53,214 bases of DNA from the NCBI GenBank assembly GCA_016783665.1, contig JADHWC010000005.1, forward strand, positions 1 through 53,214, given 5' to 3'. Below are positions 8,796 to 22,499 of this stretch, piece after piece. The DNA comes from Fidelibacterota bacterium. Lineage in GTDB: Bacteria; Fidelibacterota; UBA2242. A program made the translations under genes and the position numbers. The stretch's first letter is position 1. Each line of letters begins with the position of its first letter. The notes beneath the pieces were generated by a model. It was given only the letters and a program-made list of their open reading frames with translations. It did no database searches and was not told where the DNA came from.

Positions 8796-9029
8796 ATGGA
8801 TCCTTTTTCATGGTCTTATACGTTAATGATGTATCTGAGAGGAATAGGCTGGGCGATCGTCGCATCAATCGGTTTTTCCTTTGGTGTTGGTCTGGCTATC
8901 AAAGTTTTTGACTGGTTATCGACTTCAATCGATGAATGGGAAGAGATTAAAAAAGGTAATATTGGCGTTGCATTAATTATCTGTTCTCTCATCCTGATGG
9001 TCGGTCTGTTGGTCTATAAAGTCATATAA
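8796..9029 (+). CDS. DUF350-family small membrane protein
   Basis: AGGAGG RBS; two TM segments; WEEIKKGNIGVA motif. Confidence 0.8.
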   Translation: MDPFSWSYTLMMYLRGIGWAIVASIGFSFGVGLAIKVFDWLSTSIDEWEEIKKGNIGVALIICSLILMVGLLVYKVI

Positions 9030-9048
9030 TTAACGATTCAACACATTT

Positions 9049-9085
9049 ACGGGAAATCCGGCAGGGAATGGGTTTCCCGTTTTTG
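9049..9085 (+). terminator. Rho-independent terminator
   Basis: ACGGGAAATCC...GGGTTTCCCGT followed by a T tract, between convergent genes. Confidence 0.7.
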
Positions 9086-9115
9086 CTTTAGCAAATTATA
9101 AATAATATTATGAAT

Positions 9116-9961
9116 TTATTCATCGTGGTTCTCTAATATCCGCTGAATTTTCGCCTCATATTCTGTTTTATGAATACCCTTCAATTGATGGTCTTTCCCC
9201 TGTAGCTGGTTTGCAAGCGCTTCGAGTTCTTTACCCGAAAAACTAATGGCGTTCAATACATGAGTTTTAAAAGCCTTATATGCCAGCGGCGCAACCGCCT
9301 TTGTAATTTCAGCCACGGCTTTTCCATATTGCCTGATTTCCCATTGGGCGTGGTAATCAAGGCGTAATTTCAGAAAGTGAAACAGGTTGTTCAAGTCGAT
9401 CTGCCAGTACCATTGGGTATAGAGGGATAGCGGTAAGTTAATGCGCGCCAGTTCCCGGGCAATGCCGTCTTCAATCAATTTTCCATAATTTTCATAGGCA
9501 CTTTTTTGATCGTTGATTAAAATGTCCAGCACTTTTTGGCGAAGTTTTACGGGCACTTCTTCTTCTGCCCGACCTTGACGATTGTCTTTGCTTTGAAATT
9601 TTATCTGATCCGGATTTGGAACATAAAATTCATTTTCCATGATACTGTAGCGACCGGATATTTCATTAATTCGGGCTGTACGGTGCCGGATCCACTGACG
9701 GGCGACGAAAATGGGCATTTTACAGTGAAATGTCAGGATGACCTGTTCGAACGGAGAAGTATGCTGATGGCTCATCAGGTAATCGATGAGAGCCTGGTCC
9801 TCACGAACAGATTTTGTGCCCTGACCATAGCTGACGCGAGCCGCTTGTACGATTCGGCTGTCTCCGCCAAGATAGTCAATCAGACGGACAAATCCTTTGT
9901 CCAGAACCTTAAATTCTTTATCCAGAATCGCTTCTGCTTCAGGAACAATTATATGTGCCAT
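9116..9961 (-). CDS. thyX: FAD-dependent thymidylate synthase
   Basis: AARVSY, HTSPFE, RHRTARINEISGRY; AGGAG RBS gives start MAHIIV at 9961. Confidence 0.95.
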   Translation of the reverse strand: MAHIIVPEAEAILDKEFKVLDKGFVRLIDYLGGDSRIVQAARVSYGQGTKSVREDQALIDYLMSHQHTSPFEQVILTFHCKMPIFVARQWIRHRTARINEISGRYSIMENEFYVPNPDQIKFQSKDNRQGRAEEEVPVKLRQKVLDILINDQKSAYENYGKLIEDGIARELARINLPLSLYTQWYWQIDLNNLFHFLKLRLDYHAQWEIRQYGKAVAEITKAVAPLAYKAFKTHVLNAISFSGKELEALANQLQGKDHQLKGIHKTEYEAKIQRILENHDE

Positions 9962-10093
9962 AGTGTTAATACTCCTGAATATTTGAACTATTGAAAATGT
10001 ACGAATTTTTCGGATATGATAACAGGGTGAAATAAATGTGATATTTTTCAATGAATAGTGCGCTGTTTTTCGTAATTTTGATTGAGAACACAA

Positions 10094-12049
10094 ATGTTTA
10101 ATAAATACGCCATATTATCCACTTTATTAATACTGAGTATTTCAATTTTTGGAGGATCCGACCCGGACTGGGTGGACCAGGAAATTGAACTCAAGCGACG
10201 ACTGCTGGAAAACCGCAGAAAGATGGCGAAATCCATGAGTTTGAATAATCGTAAAGATTATGATGTGGGATATTACGGATTGGATATTAATGTCGATATA
10301 AACAACAAGAAAATTTCCGGAACAACTACAATCAGAGGAAAATCCCGGATCGATGATCTGTTATCCATATTTTTAGACCTTACGTCTTCTATGCAGATCG
10401 ACAGTGTTGGATCGGATGCAAATAGATATGCACGAACCGAAGATGGTTTTCACGCCTATTTTTCCACATCTTTAGATAGTGGAGATATGTTTGAAATACA
10501 GATAAGCTATGCCGGGCATCCTGAAGAAGGCGGATTCCAGGGATTTGCTTTTGATTATCATAGCGGCGTTCCAATAGTATCCACTCTGAGCGAACCCTAT
10601 TATGCCCATAGCTGGTTTCCGTGCAAGGACTTGCCCGGCGATAAAGCCGACTCCGCCGACATCGTCGTTACCGTTCCCGATACCTTAACCGCAGTATCCA
10701 ATGGCACACTGGTATCGGTGGTAAATAATCAGGACGGGACCGCGACTTTTACCTGGCAGGAACGGTATCCGATCGCAGTCTATCTCATATCATTGGCGAT
10801 TTCAAATTATGCTGAACTTGAACATTCCTATACAGGTTTGGATGAGACAGTCATGCCGATAAAACATTGGTATTTTCCTGAGGATTCAAGTAAGATTGGT
10901 AATCTTTCATTAACATCGGAAATGATCAGATTTTTTGCCGGCATCTGGGGAGAATATCCCTTCATTAATGAAAAATACGGTCACGCCCAGTTTTCCTGGG
11001 GCGGAGGTATGGAGCATCAGACATGCACCAGTCTGGGAAGTTATAGTGAGCTGCTTATTTGCCATGAACTGGCTCACCAGTGGTGGGGTAATATGGTTAC
11101 CTGTGCGAACTGGAAAAATATCTGGCTGAATGAAGGATTTGCCCGGTATTCTGAAGCGCTCTGGAAAGAGCACAATTTTGGTGCCCAGGCGCTTAAAGAT
11201 TACATGGATTATCTGAATCGACCGGAAGTCTGGCAAAATAGTCCGCTATACATTACTGATACGACAAATGTTTACTCGATTTTTAACCGGATTGTGTATG
11301 ATAAAGGAGCCTGGGTTCTGCACATGTTGAGACATGTCGTTGGCGAAGAGGTTTTCCGGGATATTTTCCCGGCGTACCGGGAAGCCTACTTTATGGACGT
11401 CGCCACAACCGATGATTTCCAGAGAATTTGTGAGCAGGTTTATGGCGATGATCTTGACTGGTTCTTCGATCAATGGATCTATCAAATCGGTCAACCGAAT
11501 TACAAAGTGAGTTGGAGCCGTGAACAGATCTCAGTAAATGACTGGAATATAACCGTTGATATTGAGCAAGCCCAGTATCCTCAAAATCTCTTCAGAATGC
11601 CTCTCGACGTTCGCGTGGAATTTCTAAAAAGTGATACAATACTGACAATCATTGATTCATCATTTGTTCAACAATTTGATTTTCAGTTTGCCGACATGCC
11701 TGTAGATATTGAAATCGATCCCGGTGGCTGGGTATTAAAATCTGTTCAGTATTCCATGATTGATCCTGATCTTGGTTATAACCCGGATCGCTTTTTGTTA
11801 ACGCATCCCTATCCGAATCCCTTCAATGCAGCAACGCATTTTGAAATTTATCTGCCATTTAATATCGTCGGTGAATTGAAAGCGTACGATATAACAGGCA
11901 GGGTTGCCGACGTAATTGAAAGCGGCGCTATACCGGCAGGTTATTATCAAAAAACATGGCAGCCAAAAGCTCTTCCTTCCGGTGTTTATATAATTCGGCT
12001 TGAATCAGATAAGATTAATCTTGAGCAAAAGGTTGTATATATGAAATGA
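10094..12049 (+). CDS. M1-family aminopeptidase with C-terminal T9SS-type sorting domain
   Basis: GGMEH, HELAH-x18-E, YDKGAWVLHMLR; C-terminal PYPNPFN...LPSGVYIIRL; signal peptide. Confidence 0.9.
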   Translation: MFNKYAILSTLLILSISIFGGSDPDWVDQEIELKRRLLENRRKMAKSMSLNNRKDYDVGYYGLDINVDINNKKISGTTTIRGKSRIDDLLSIFLDLTSSMQIDSVGSDANRYARTEDGFHAYFSTSLDSGDMFEIQISYAGHPEEGGFQGFAFDYHSGVPIVSTLSEPYYAHSWFPCKDLPGDKADSADIVVTVPDTLTAVSNGTLVSVVNNQDGTATFTWQERYPIAVYLISLAISNYAELEHSYTGLDETVMPIKHWYFPEDSSKIGNLSLTSEMIRFFAGIWGEYPFINEKYGHAQFSWGGGMEHQTCTSLGSYSELLICHELAHQWWGNMVTCANWKNIWLNEGFARYSEALWKEHNFGAQALKDYMDYLNRPEVWQNSPLYITDTTNVYSIFNRIVYDKGAWVLHMLRHVVGEEVFRDIFPAYREAYFMDVATTDDFQRICEQVYGDDLDWFFDQWIYQIGQPNYKVSWSREQISVNDWNITVDIEQAQYPQNLFRMPLDVRVEFLKSDTILTIIDSSFVQQFDFQFADMPVDIEIDPGGWVLKSVQYSMIDPDLGYNPDRFLLTHPYPNPFNAATHFEIYLPFNIVGELKAYDITGRVADVIESGAIPAGYYQKTWQPKALPSGVYIIRLESDKINLEQKVVYMK

Positions 12050-12167
12050 TTGATGTATCTTTTTTCGGCTCAAGGGCGTCTAAATAAATGATTGAAATTG
12101 GAAATATTCAGATGAATTGTATAGATTTAATTGAGAATATAAAATTAGCGATATGGTATTATAAATT

Positions 12168-15100
12168 ATGAAGCGATCCACCTTTTTCCTTATTATCCTT
12201 AGCGTCTTGTTGATCGACCCGGCATTTGCCCAATTTGGGAAAAATAAAGTTCAGTATGATGACCACACCTGGTCATTTATCCAGACCGAGCATTTTGATA
12301 TTTTTTTTCATGATAAGGGCAAGGAACTGGCAGATTTCTCTGCCCCGATTCTCGAGCAGGCGGTAAAAGAAATATCAAGTGTCTTGAATTGGCGAATGCG
12401 AAAACGCACATCAATTATTATTTATAATACCCATAGCGATTTTCAGCAGACCAATGTCACGTTACAATATATGTACGAAGGCATTCAAGGGTTTACGGAA
12501 ATATTTAAAAATCGCGCTGTCGTGGCATTTGATGGGAGCAATAATAGTTTTTGGCATTTATTGCGTCATGAACTGGTTCATGTGGTCGTCAATGATATGA
12601 TTTACGGCGGGAGTATCCAGAGTGTGATCTCCGGACGAGTTCGGTTGCGCATCCCGACTTGGATGAACGAAGGTCTCGCTGAATATATTGCCATGGGTTG
12701 GGATACCAATGCCGATATGATTTTACGAGATATTGCCACTACTAACGATATCCCAAATGTCAATGAACTGGATTATTATTTAGCCTATAAAGGCGGGCAA
12801 TCCGTTTACCGCTTTATTGCAGAAAAATATGGCGATCAGAAAATCGGAGAAATCTGGTCGAACATGAAGGGTCGTTCCAGTGCTGAGAAAGGCTTCGAAA
12901 CCTCTATCGGAATGAACATTAAAGAGCTATCGGAAGCCTGGCATAAATGGGTGCGTACGGAATACTGGCCGGATGTTGCAGACCGGGATGAATTGGATGA
13001 TATTGCCATTCGATTGACTGATCATAAAAAATTGAAAAATTATTTCAATACCGGACCATCCATAAATCCCAATGGAACACAAATCGCCATAATGTCGGAT
13101 CGCAAGGGGTATGCGGACATTTACCTGATCTCGGTTTCAGATGGAAAAGTTATAAAAAAGCTGGTGAGCGGACAGCGGACTCCCGACCTGGAAGAATTGA
13201 AATGGTTAAATCCTCGTCTCAGCTGGTCGCCGGATGGGAAAAAAATTGTTATGGCTGTCAAGAGCGGTGCAAAAGACGCCTTAGTAATTGTCAATACGAA
13301 GACAAAGAAGCGAAAAAAATATTCATTTGATGAATGTAACGAGCTCTTTTCCGCGGCATGGTCACCAGATGGCAAGCAAATAGCCTTTATCGGTCTGAAT
13401 AATGATCGCACAGATCTGTACGTGTTTCATTTGAAAAAGAAAAAATTAACACGTTTGACGAATGACTGGGCGTCGGATTTCGAACCGAACTGGTCGCCCG
13501 ACAGTAAAAAAATTGTTTTCGCATCACAACGCAATATCAATAATACTAATATGAATTCTGATGAACTGACGAATTGGTCAACGTCACCTTACAATCAAAC
13601 AGATCTATATGTTTGTGATGTTAAAACAGGGGAAATCAGTCAACTGACCGAAACTCCCTGGAACGAGAATTACCCTGCCTGGGCACATACTCAAAATAAG
13701 ATTATTTATACATCGGATGCTCACGGTATATCAAACCTCTATATTCTCGATCTTGATTCCGGTAGCCACATTGCCGTAACGAATGCACTGACAGGAGTGT
13801 TTCAACCGAGTTTATCACAGGATGATTCCCGACTGGTTTTTGCCGGTTATTCAAAGTTCGGCTGGGATGTGTTTACAGTGAGTAATCCGTTAGCCATGGT
13901 GGATGAACCAAAGACAATTAAACCAACTGTATTTGCTAACAGATTGGCAGAAATATGGGATAATCCGGAAGAAAATATTCGTTTTGATATACCCTCGCCG
14001 GAAGATGTTCAGCGATCTTACACTCATAAAGTAGGTGAAGAACAATCCTATACAAACTATATTTTTGCTCCAAATTATCAGCAATTTTCGAGTCAGTCCC
14101 CTGATACCGCAGATACACCTGCTGATACGGTCAGCTATAAAGACGATGAAGGCAAATTCAAAGTTAATCCCTACAAGACCAAATTTACGCTCGATTTGAT
14201 TGACAGTCAGGCGGGGTATAACACATTCTGGGGATTTCAGGGAACTACGGTTTTTGCCTTTAGCGATGTGCTCGGTGATCATCGCTTTACATTTGGAACA
14301 GAGATGTACATCGATCTTGAAAATAGCGATTATTATATGTCTTATCAGTATCTTGCGCGACGCACAAATTTTGGCGTTACCGGATTTCATTCGGCTAACT
14401 TTTGGCAAATTAGTATGTTTCAACTTTATCGCTTGAGGAATTACGGGTTTGATTTTTCCGTTTCAAGACCGTTTTCCAGATTTTCACGTGTCGAATTTGC
14501 CGCAACCTCTTATAATGTCGAACAGAAATTTATTGATATTCTTACCGGACAAGAAATAGGTGATCCTAGAATGATTCATACAATTCTGCCAAGGGCGGCA
14601 TTTGTATTCGATAATACGCTATGGGGGTATTTTTATCCAATCGATGGTTGGCGCTGGCGGCTGGATATGATGGTTAGTCCGAAATATAGTGAAACAAGCC
14701 TGGAATTTCAGAGCGTTCAAGCCGATGTAAGGCGCTATTTTAAGCTAAATCGTGAATATTCTTTTGGGATGCGCCTGACAGCCGGTTTGAGTGAAGGTAA
14801 AAATGCTCAGCGTTTTTTTCTTGGTGGAGAGATGAACTGGATCAATCAGCGCTATCGCAGGGGGCATAACATGTCCGATGTGGAAGATATTTACTTTTCA
14901 GAGTTTATTACACCACTACGGGGAGCCCGCTATTATGAGCGTGAAGGAACCCGCTATTTTCTGTCCAATATTGAGTTTCGCTATCCTTTCATCAAGTATT
15001 TGGCGCTTGGTTGGCCCGTTCCGATGGTTATGGGAGGAATACAGGGGATTACCTTTTTTGACCTGGGTGCGGCATGGTACGGAAATGATTTTCATCCGTT

Positions 15101-15272
15101 TGGATATGATAAGTACAATGGAACATACCTGGACGATCTCGTGTCCGGTTTTGGATTTGGCACGCGCCTGTTTTTAGGATATTTCCTGCTGAAAATAGAT
15201 GTTGCCTGGCGGTACGATTTCATTACCGTCACAAAACCGCAGTGGTATTTCTCACTTGGGCTGGATTTTTAA
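12168..15272 (+). CDS. Omp85/BamA-family outer-membrane protein with N-terminal metallopeptidase-like domain and PD40/TolB-like propeller
   Basis: QFGKNKVQY start; HELVH...NEGLAEY; WSPDG repeats; LRG, EFRYP, FFDLG motifs; terminal Phe. Confidence 0.8.
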   Translation: MKRSTFFLIILSVLLIDPAFAQFGKNKVQYDDHTWSFIQTEHFDIFFHDKGKELADFSAPILEQAVKEISSVLNWRMRKRTSIIIYNTHSDFQQTNVTLQYMYEGIQGFTEIFKNRAVVAFDGSNNSFWHLLRHELVHVVVNDMIYGGSIQSVISGRVRLRIPTWMNEGLAEYIAMGWDTNADMILRDIATTNDIPNVNELDYYLAYKGGQSVYRFIAEKYGDQKIGEIWSNMKGRSSAEKGFETSIGMNIKELSEAWHKWVRTEYWPDVADRDELDDIAIRLTDHKKLKNYFNTGPSINPNGTQIAIMSDRKGYADIYLISVSDGKVIKKLVSGQRTPDLEELKWLNPRLSWSPDGKKIVMAVKSGAKDALVIVNTKTKKRKKYSFDECNELFSAAWSPDGKQIAFIGLNNDRTDLYVFHLKKKKLTRLTNDWASDFEPNWSPDSKKIVFASQRNINNTNMNSDELTNWSTSPYNQTDLYVCDVKTGEISQLTETPWNENYPAWAHTQNKIIYTSDAHGISNLYILDLDSGSHIAVTNALTGVFQPSLSQDDSRLVFAGYSKFGWDVFTVSNPLAMVDEPKTIKPTVFANRLAEIWDNPEENIRFDIPSPEDVQRSYTHKVGEEQSYTNYIFAPNYQQFSSQSPDTADTPADTVSYKDDEGKFKVNPYKTKFTLDLIDSQAGYNTFWGFQGTTVFAFSDVLGDHRFTFGTEMYIDLENSDYYMSYQYLARRTNFGVTGFHSANFWQISMFQLYRLRNYGFDFSVSRPFSRFSRVEFAATSYNVEQKFIDILTGQEIGDPRMIHTILPRAAFVFDNTLWGYFYPIDGWRWRLDMMVSPKYSETSLEFQSVQADVRRYFKLNREYSFGMRLTAGLSEGKNAQRFFLGGEMNWINQRYRRGHNMSDVEDIYFSEFITPLRGARYYEREGTRYFLSNIEFRYPFIKYLALGWPVPMVMGGIQGITFFDLGAAWYGNDFHPFGYDKYNGTYLDDLVSGFGFGTRLFLGYFLLKIDVAWRYDFITVTKPQWYFSLGLDF

Positions 15273-15403
15273 ATCTTTTGCATCATAATTTATAAAAAAG
15301 TAACGAATTTTAATTTCAGGATACCGACTATTTCACTAATTTAGCAAGCCGGGCAGTATGCTTTGCTTCATGTCCGAAAAGAATTTCATGATTTGAGCTG
15401 CAT

Positions 15404-16311
15404 GTGATAAAGTATTTACAGTTTTTATTATTGTGTCTGATTTGGGGAACCACTTTTGCTGCTATAAAAATTGGTTCGTCTTCCACTCCACCAATGGCAG
15501 GGCTTGCCCTGCGATATGGTTTCGCAATGCTTGTTTTATTTCCTGTCATCGGACTGACACGACGAAAAATATGGTTTGACAGATCCTCTCTGAAAATGTA
15601 CGGCATTGTCGGATTCTATAGCATGGGACTTAGTTACCTCTGTATATACTGGGCGATGCAATTTATTCCAAGCAGTCTGTCAGCCATTCTGTGGGCGACG
15701 TTTCCCCTGTTTGTGGGTCTGTTTGCCCATCACATGGTTCCACTTGAAAAACTAAATGCTCGCCGATTGATTTCGATTTTTATCGCAATTGTCGGAGTAT
15801 TTTTAATTTTAACCGATCAACAGCTGGTTTTTAATATTGAAGTGCTTCTGGGCTGCCTGGTAGTTCTTCTGGGTGTCGTCATGGCATCCTATCCGAATGT
15901 CTATTTGAAGGCAAAAGCAAAGGATTATGATCCAATGGCGCTGACAGCCATGTCAATTTTAATTGGTGCTTTAATTCACTTGGCGGGTGCGATATTAACC
16001 GGGCAATTTGCGGACATGTCCTGGTCGGCGCAAAATATCGGCGCAGCTGCGTATTTAGGCGTTTTTGGTTCTGCTACTGCGTTTTTTTTATATTTTTCAC
16101 TGTTACGTAAAATTGAAGTAGTGAAATTATCTTTTGTTACTTTTCTAACGCCGATTATCGCGACTCTGGTCGGGTTGACTATTTTACATGAAGCCGTAAC
16201 TTTAAAAGAGATATTCGGAATCGGGTTCATTTTTGGCGGTCTGTTCTTATATGATTTTAAAAAATATTACCTGCATGTAAAACGTCTGAAAACATTTTCG
16301 CGGAAAGCTGT

Positions 16312-16315
<4 letters not shown>
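15404..16315 (+). CDS. EamA/DMT-family transporter
   Basis: LIWGTTF start; ~10 TM; duplicated EamA halves. Confidence 0.9.
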
Positions 16316-18911
<2,596 letters not shown>

Positions 18912-18934
18912 ATTATTAAAGAATTAATCATACT

Positions 18935-20026
18935 ATGAATAAAAATATCTCGACGCCGCCCGAATCAATGAAATCACTATCAATGGAAGAATTGAATATT
19001 CGGATCATAAATATTAAAAAACATTTAGATAAACGGCTGTTGATTCTCGGTCATCACTATCAAACCGACGACGTGATCCGGTATGCCGATGAACGTGGTG
19101 ATTCCTTTGCCCTGGCAAAAACAACATCACAGACCGATGCAGAATATATTGTGTTTTGTGGTGTGCATTTTATGGCAGAGACCGCCGATATAGTTACTTC
19201 AGCAAATCAAAGAGTGTTTATTCCAGATGTAACTGCCGGCTGTTTTCTTGCCGATTGCGCCCGTAGCGATGATGTGGATAATGCTTGGGAAGAGATCCGT
19301 TCGACAGGCTCTTTTCGTACGATTCCTATCACCTATGTGAATTCCAGTGCGGAGTTAAAAGCCTTTTGCGGCAGGAATGGAGGTCTTGTCTGCACATCTT
19401 CCAATGCTGGAGCCGCGATTGATTGGGCATTTGAGCGTGGGCAAAAAGTATTTTTCTTTCCCGATCAGCATTTAGGACGGAACACGGCTTTTAATATGGG
19501 AATTCCACTAAATGAAATGATACTATGGGATCCTGAGGAACCAATGGGAGGAAATTCTGTTGAGGCGATACGAAATGCTCGTGTAATCCTCTGGGATGGG
19601 TTTTGTATCGTTCACCTGGAATTTAATGCAGAATATGTGGATAGTTTACGGAAGCAGTACCCGTCGGTGAATGTCATAGTGCACCCGGAATGTAATTTTA
19701 AAGTCGCGCAGGCCGCCGATTATATGGGAAGCACTGCATATATTATTAAAATGGTCGAACAGAGTCCGGCTGGCAGCCACTGGGCGGTTGCCACTGAAAA
19801 GAATCTTGTGAACCGTCTTAAAAAACAGCATCCGGATAAGCGAATTGAAATACTGCAATCCTTTGAGCCGTACTGTAAATCAATGGCACAAATAACGGTG
19901 CTGAATTTAGCACACCAGCTGGAACAACTGTCGCGGGGAAATCTGGTTAACCGGATAATCGTTGATAAAAGATATCGTAAAGAAGCGTTGACTGCGTTGA
20001 ATCGCATGTTGGAGTTAAAAATATGA
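18935..20026 (+). CDS. nadA: Quinolinate synthase
   Basis: GHHYQ, FCGVHFMAE, CTSSNA, VHPEC. Confidence 0.95.
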   Translation: MNKNISTPPESMKSLSMEELNIRIINIKKHLDKRLLILGHHYQTDDVIRYADERGDSFALAKTTSQTDAEYIVFCGVHFMAETADIVTSANQRVFIPDVTAGCFLADCARSDDVDNAWEEIRSTGSFRTIPITYVNSSAELKAFCGRNGGLVCTSSNAGAAIDWAFERGQKVFFFPDQHLGRNTAFNMGIPLNEMILWDPEEPMGGNSVEAIRNARVILWDGFCIVHLEFNAEYVDSLRKQYPSVNVIVHPECNFKVAQAADYMGSTAYIIKMVEQSPAGSHWAVATEKNLVNRLKKQHPDKRIEILQSFEPYCKSMAQITVLNLAHQLEQLSRGNLVNRIIVDKRYRKEALTALNRMLELKI

Positions 20027-21591
20027 AATCATCTGATAGAATTATCAAAACGGATGTGTTGGTTATTGGAGCCGGTTTGGCGGGTTGTTCCGCCGCCTAT
20101 GCCGCTGCTCAACAGGGGCTAAGTGTAACTTTGATAACTTCGGAGAATGAATTTACGGAATCCTCATCCTTTTATGCCCAGGGTGGTATTATCTATAAAG
20201 CAACAGATGATTCGGAAGCCGGTTTTATAGAAGATTTTCAGCGGACAGGCGTCGATATTGTCAATGAAGATGCCGTTCGCCAGATCTATCGGTACGGGAC
20301 GGAATTTATTGATGAGATCCTCTGCAAAAAACTATGTGTTCCCTTTAATAGAAGCGAAGATAATTCCCTAAATTTAATCAGGGAAGGCTCTCACTCAAAA
20401 GCCCGGATTGCATTTGTCAAAGATCATACCGGTCAATCGATCCAGGAAGTTTTTTACCAAAAAATCAAAGATGTTGATAATATCAATATCATTACCGAGG
20501 CAACCAGTGTCGATTTGATAACTCTCGCCCATCATTCTCTGAATCCCTTGCACATCTATGAGCCCAGTACTTGTGTCGGTGCGTATGTGTTATTTCAAAA
20601 AGAGAACCGGGTATATACGTTTTTGGCAAAGCAGACAATTCTGGCGACCGGCGGACTCGGCAGTTTATATCTGCATACATCAAATCCATCCCATGTTCGC
20701 GGTGACGGTTATGCCCTGGCGTATCGCGCGGGCGCCCGTATCATGAATATGGAATATGTGCAATTTCATCCGACGACGCTTTTTTCAACAAATGAGGAAC
20801 GGTTTTTAATTTCTGAAGCCCTTCGTGGAGAAGGCGCTGTGTTGCGTAACAAATCGGGTGAAGATTTTATGAAACGCTATCATGAGATGGGATCCCTGGC
20901 TCCTCGTGATGTGGTATCCCGTAGTATCAATGTCGAAATGAATGAAACCGGAAGCCAGTATGTGTATCTCGATATCACTCATCGGAATAGTGAGTGGATA
21001 AAACAGCGTTTTCCGAAAATTTATCAAAAATGCCTTGAAGTCAAGGTAGATATCACTTCCGAAGGCATTCCGGTTGTTCCGGCAGCACATTATGAATGTG
21101 GCGGTGTTGCCACGGATATGAAAGCCAATACAACAATCCGGTACTTGAAAGCGGTCGGAGAGGTTGCCTGTACCGGTTTGCACGGCGCCAACCGGCTTGC
21201 CAGCAGCTCCCTGCTTGAATGCCTTGTCTTCGGCACAATCGCCGGACGGGATGCGGCGGAGCAAATCAGAACCCGGAAAGTGATCATGCCTAGTGTCGCC
21301 GATTGGAAACAGGAAACGGAAACGATTGACCCGGATCTGATTCGTCAGGATCGTTCTACGATCAGGCAAACCATGTGGAACTATGTTGGTATTATTCGAA
21401 CAAAGAAAAAATTAGAGCGCGCTTTTGGGATTTTATGGCAATTGAATGAAGATATCCAAAAATTTTATGCTCACAGCGAGCTGAGTGATGACTTGATCGG
21501 GTTGCGGAATGCCGCCACAACATCATTGTTGGTTCTTCATGCCGCTAAACTTAATAAAGGAGGCCGGGGTTGCCATTACCGCACGGATTGA
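20023..21591 (+). CDS. nadB: L-aspartate oxidase
   Basis: GAGLAG, AQGG, QFHPT, LAPRDVV, LHGANRLASSSLLE; next to nadA. Confidence 0.93.
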   Translation: MKSSDRIIKTDVLVIGAGLAGCSAAYAAAQQGLSVTLITSENEFTESSSFYAQGGIIYKATDDSEAGFIEDFQRTGVDIVNEDAVRQIYRYGTEFIDEILCKKLCVPFNRSEDNSLNLIREGSHSKARIAFVKDHTGQSIQEVFYQKIKDVDNINIITEATSVDLITLAHHSLNPLHIYEPSTCVGAYVLFQKENRVYTFLAKQTILATGGLGSLYLHTSNPSHVRGDGYALAYRAGARIMNMEYVQFHPTTLFSTNEERFLISEALRGEGAVLRNKSGEDFMKRYHEMGSLAPRDVVSRSINVEMNETGSQYVYLDITHRNSEWIKQRFPKIYQKCLEVKVDITSEGIPVVPAAHYECGGVATDMKANTTIRYLKAVGEVACTGLHGANRLASSSLLECLVFGTIAGRDAAEQIRTRKVIMPSVADWKQETETIDPDLIRQDRSTIRQTMWNYVGIIRTKKKLERAFGILWQLNEDIQKFYAHSELSDDLIGLRNAATTSLLVLHAAKLNKGGRGCHYRTD

Positions 21592-21625
21592 TTAAACTAA
21601 ACATTAATTTGAAATTGGAGGTTTT

Positions 21626-21958
21626 GTGAACACTTTACTTTATGCCGGAGCAATGGGTGGGGGCGCTGCCCAGCAGTCAAACCCCATTATGTCTCTTTTA
21701 CCCTTTTTACTGATTATTGTTGTCATGTATTTTCTGATGATTCGACCGCAGTCTAAGAAACAGAAAGAAAAACAGAAAATGTTGCAGGAACTTCGTCAAG
21801 GCGATGAAGTATTGACTATCGGTGGAGTTTACGGAAGAATCGAAGGACTCCGCGAAAAAGAAAATATCCTGATAGTTAAAATTGCCAAAGATGTTAAGAT
21901 CCATGTATCCCGATCGGCGATTGCTGAAAAAATAGTGGATAAATCAGTCGTAAAATAA
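21626..21958 (+). CDS. yajC: Preprotein translocase subunit YajC
   Basis: YFLMIRPQ, GDEVLTIGG. Confidence 0.95.
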   Translation: MNTLLYAGAMGGGAAQQSNPIMSLLPFLLIIVVMYFLMIRPQSKKQKEKQKMLQELRQGDEVLTIGGVYGRIEGLREKENILIVKIAKDVKIHVSRSAIAEKIVDKSVVK

Positions 21959-21959
21959 T

Positions 21960-22493
21960 ATGAAATTGCTTGATATCTACGTTTACGGTAGTCCATTACT
22001 CAAACGGAAAACCCGCAAAGTTGCACAACTACCCGATAATTTTCCGCGATTCCTGGAACGCATGTATGCCACTATGTATGATGACGACGGAATCGGTCTG
22101 TCCGCCAATCAGGTTGGTGTGGATTTACGTTTTTTTATCGTGGATTTTTCATTACATGATAAAAATATGGGAAAAGAAGTATTTATAAATCCGGAGATTA
22201 TACAGAGAGAAGGTGAAGATGTTCTCGAAGAAGGATGTCTGAGTGTTCCGGGAATTCGCGAAAAAGTGACCCGTGAATGGAAAATAAAAGTTCGTTATGA
22301 AAACCTTCAGCGAGTAGTAATTGAAAAAGAATTTGAGGGCTATTTAGCGAAAGTAATTCAACATGAGATTGATCATTTGAACGGAATTTTATTTGTTGAT
22401 AAAACCAGTCCGTTGAACCTAAGTTTTATCGCATCAAAACTAAAGAAAATTGCCGTTAAGGGAAAAACTCAGACTGAACCTATTAGTATCTGA
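21960..22493 (+). CDS. def: Peptide deformylase
   Basis: GIGLSANQVG, EGCLS, QHEIDHLNG. Confidence 0.97.
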   Translation: MKLLDIYVYGSPLLKRKTRKVAQLPDNFPRFLERMYATMYDDDGIGLSANQVGVDLRFFIVDFSLHDKNMGKEVFINPEIIQREGEDVLEEGCLSVPGIREKVTREWKIKVRYENLQRVVIEKEFEGYLAKVIQHEIDHLNGILFVDKTSPLNLSFIASKLKKIAVKGKTQTEPISI

Positions 22494-22499
22494 TTCAAT

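Noticed and set aside
9962-10093. N-terminal extension of ThyX
   Set aside because: AGGAG RBS precedes ATG at 9961; the extension covers the divergent promoter region
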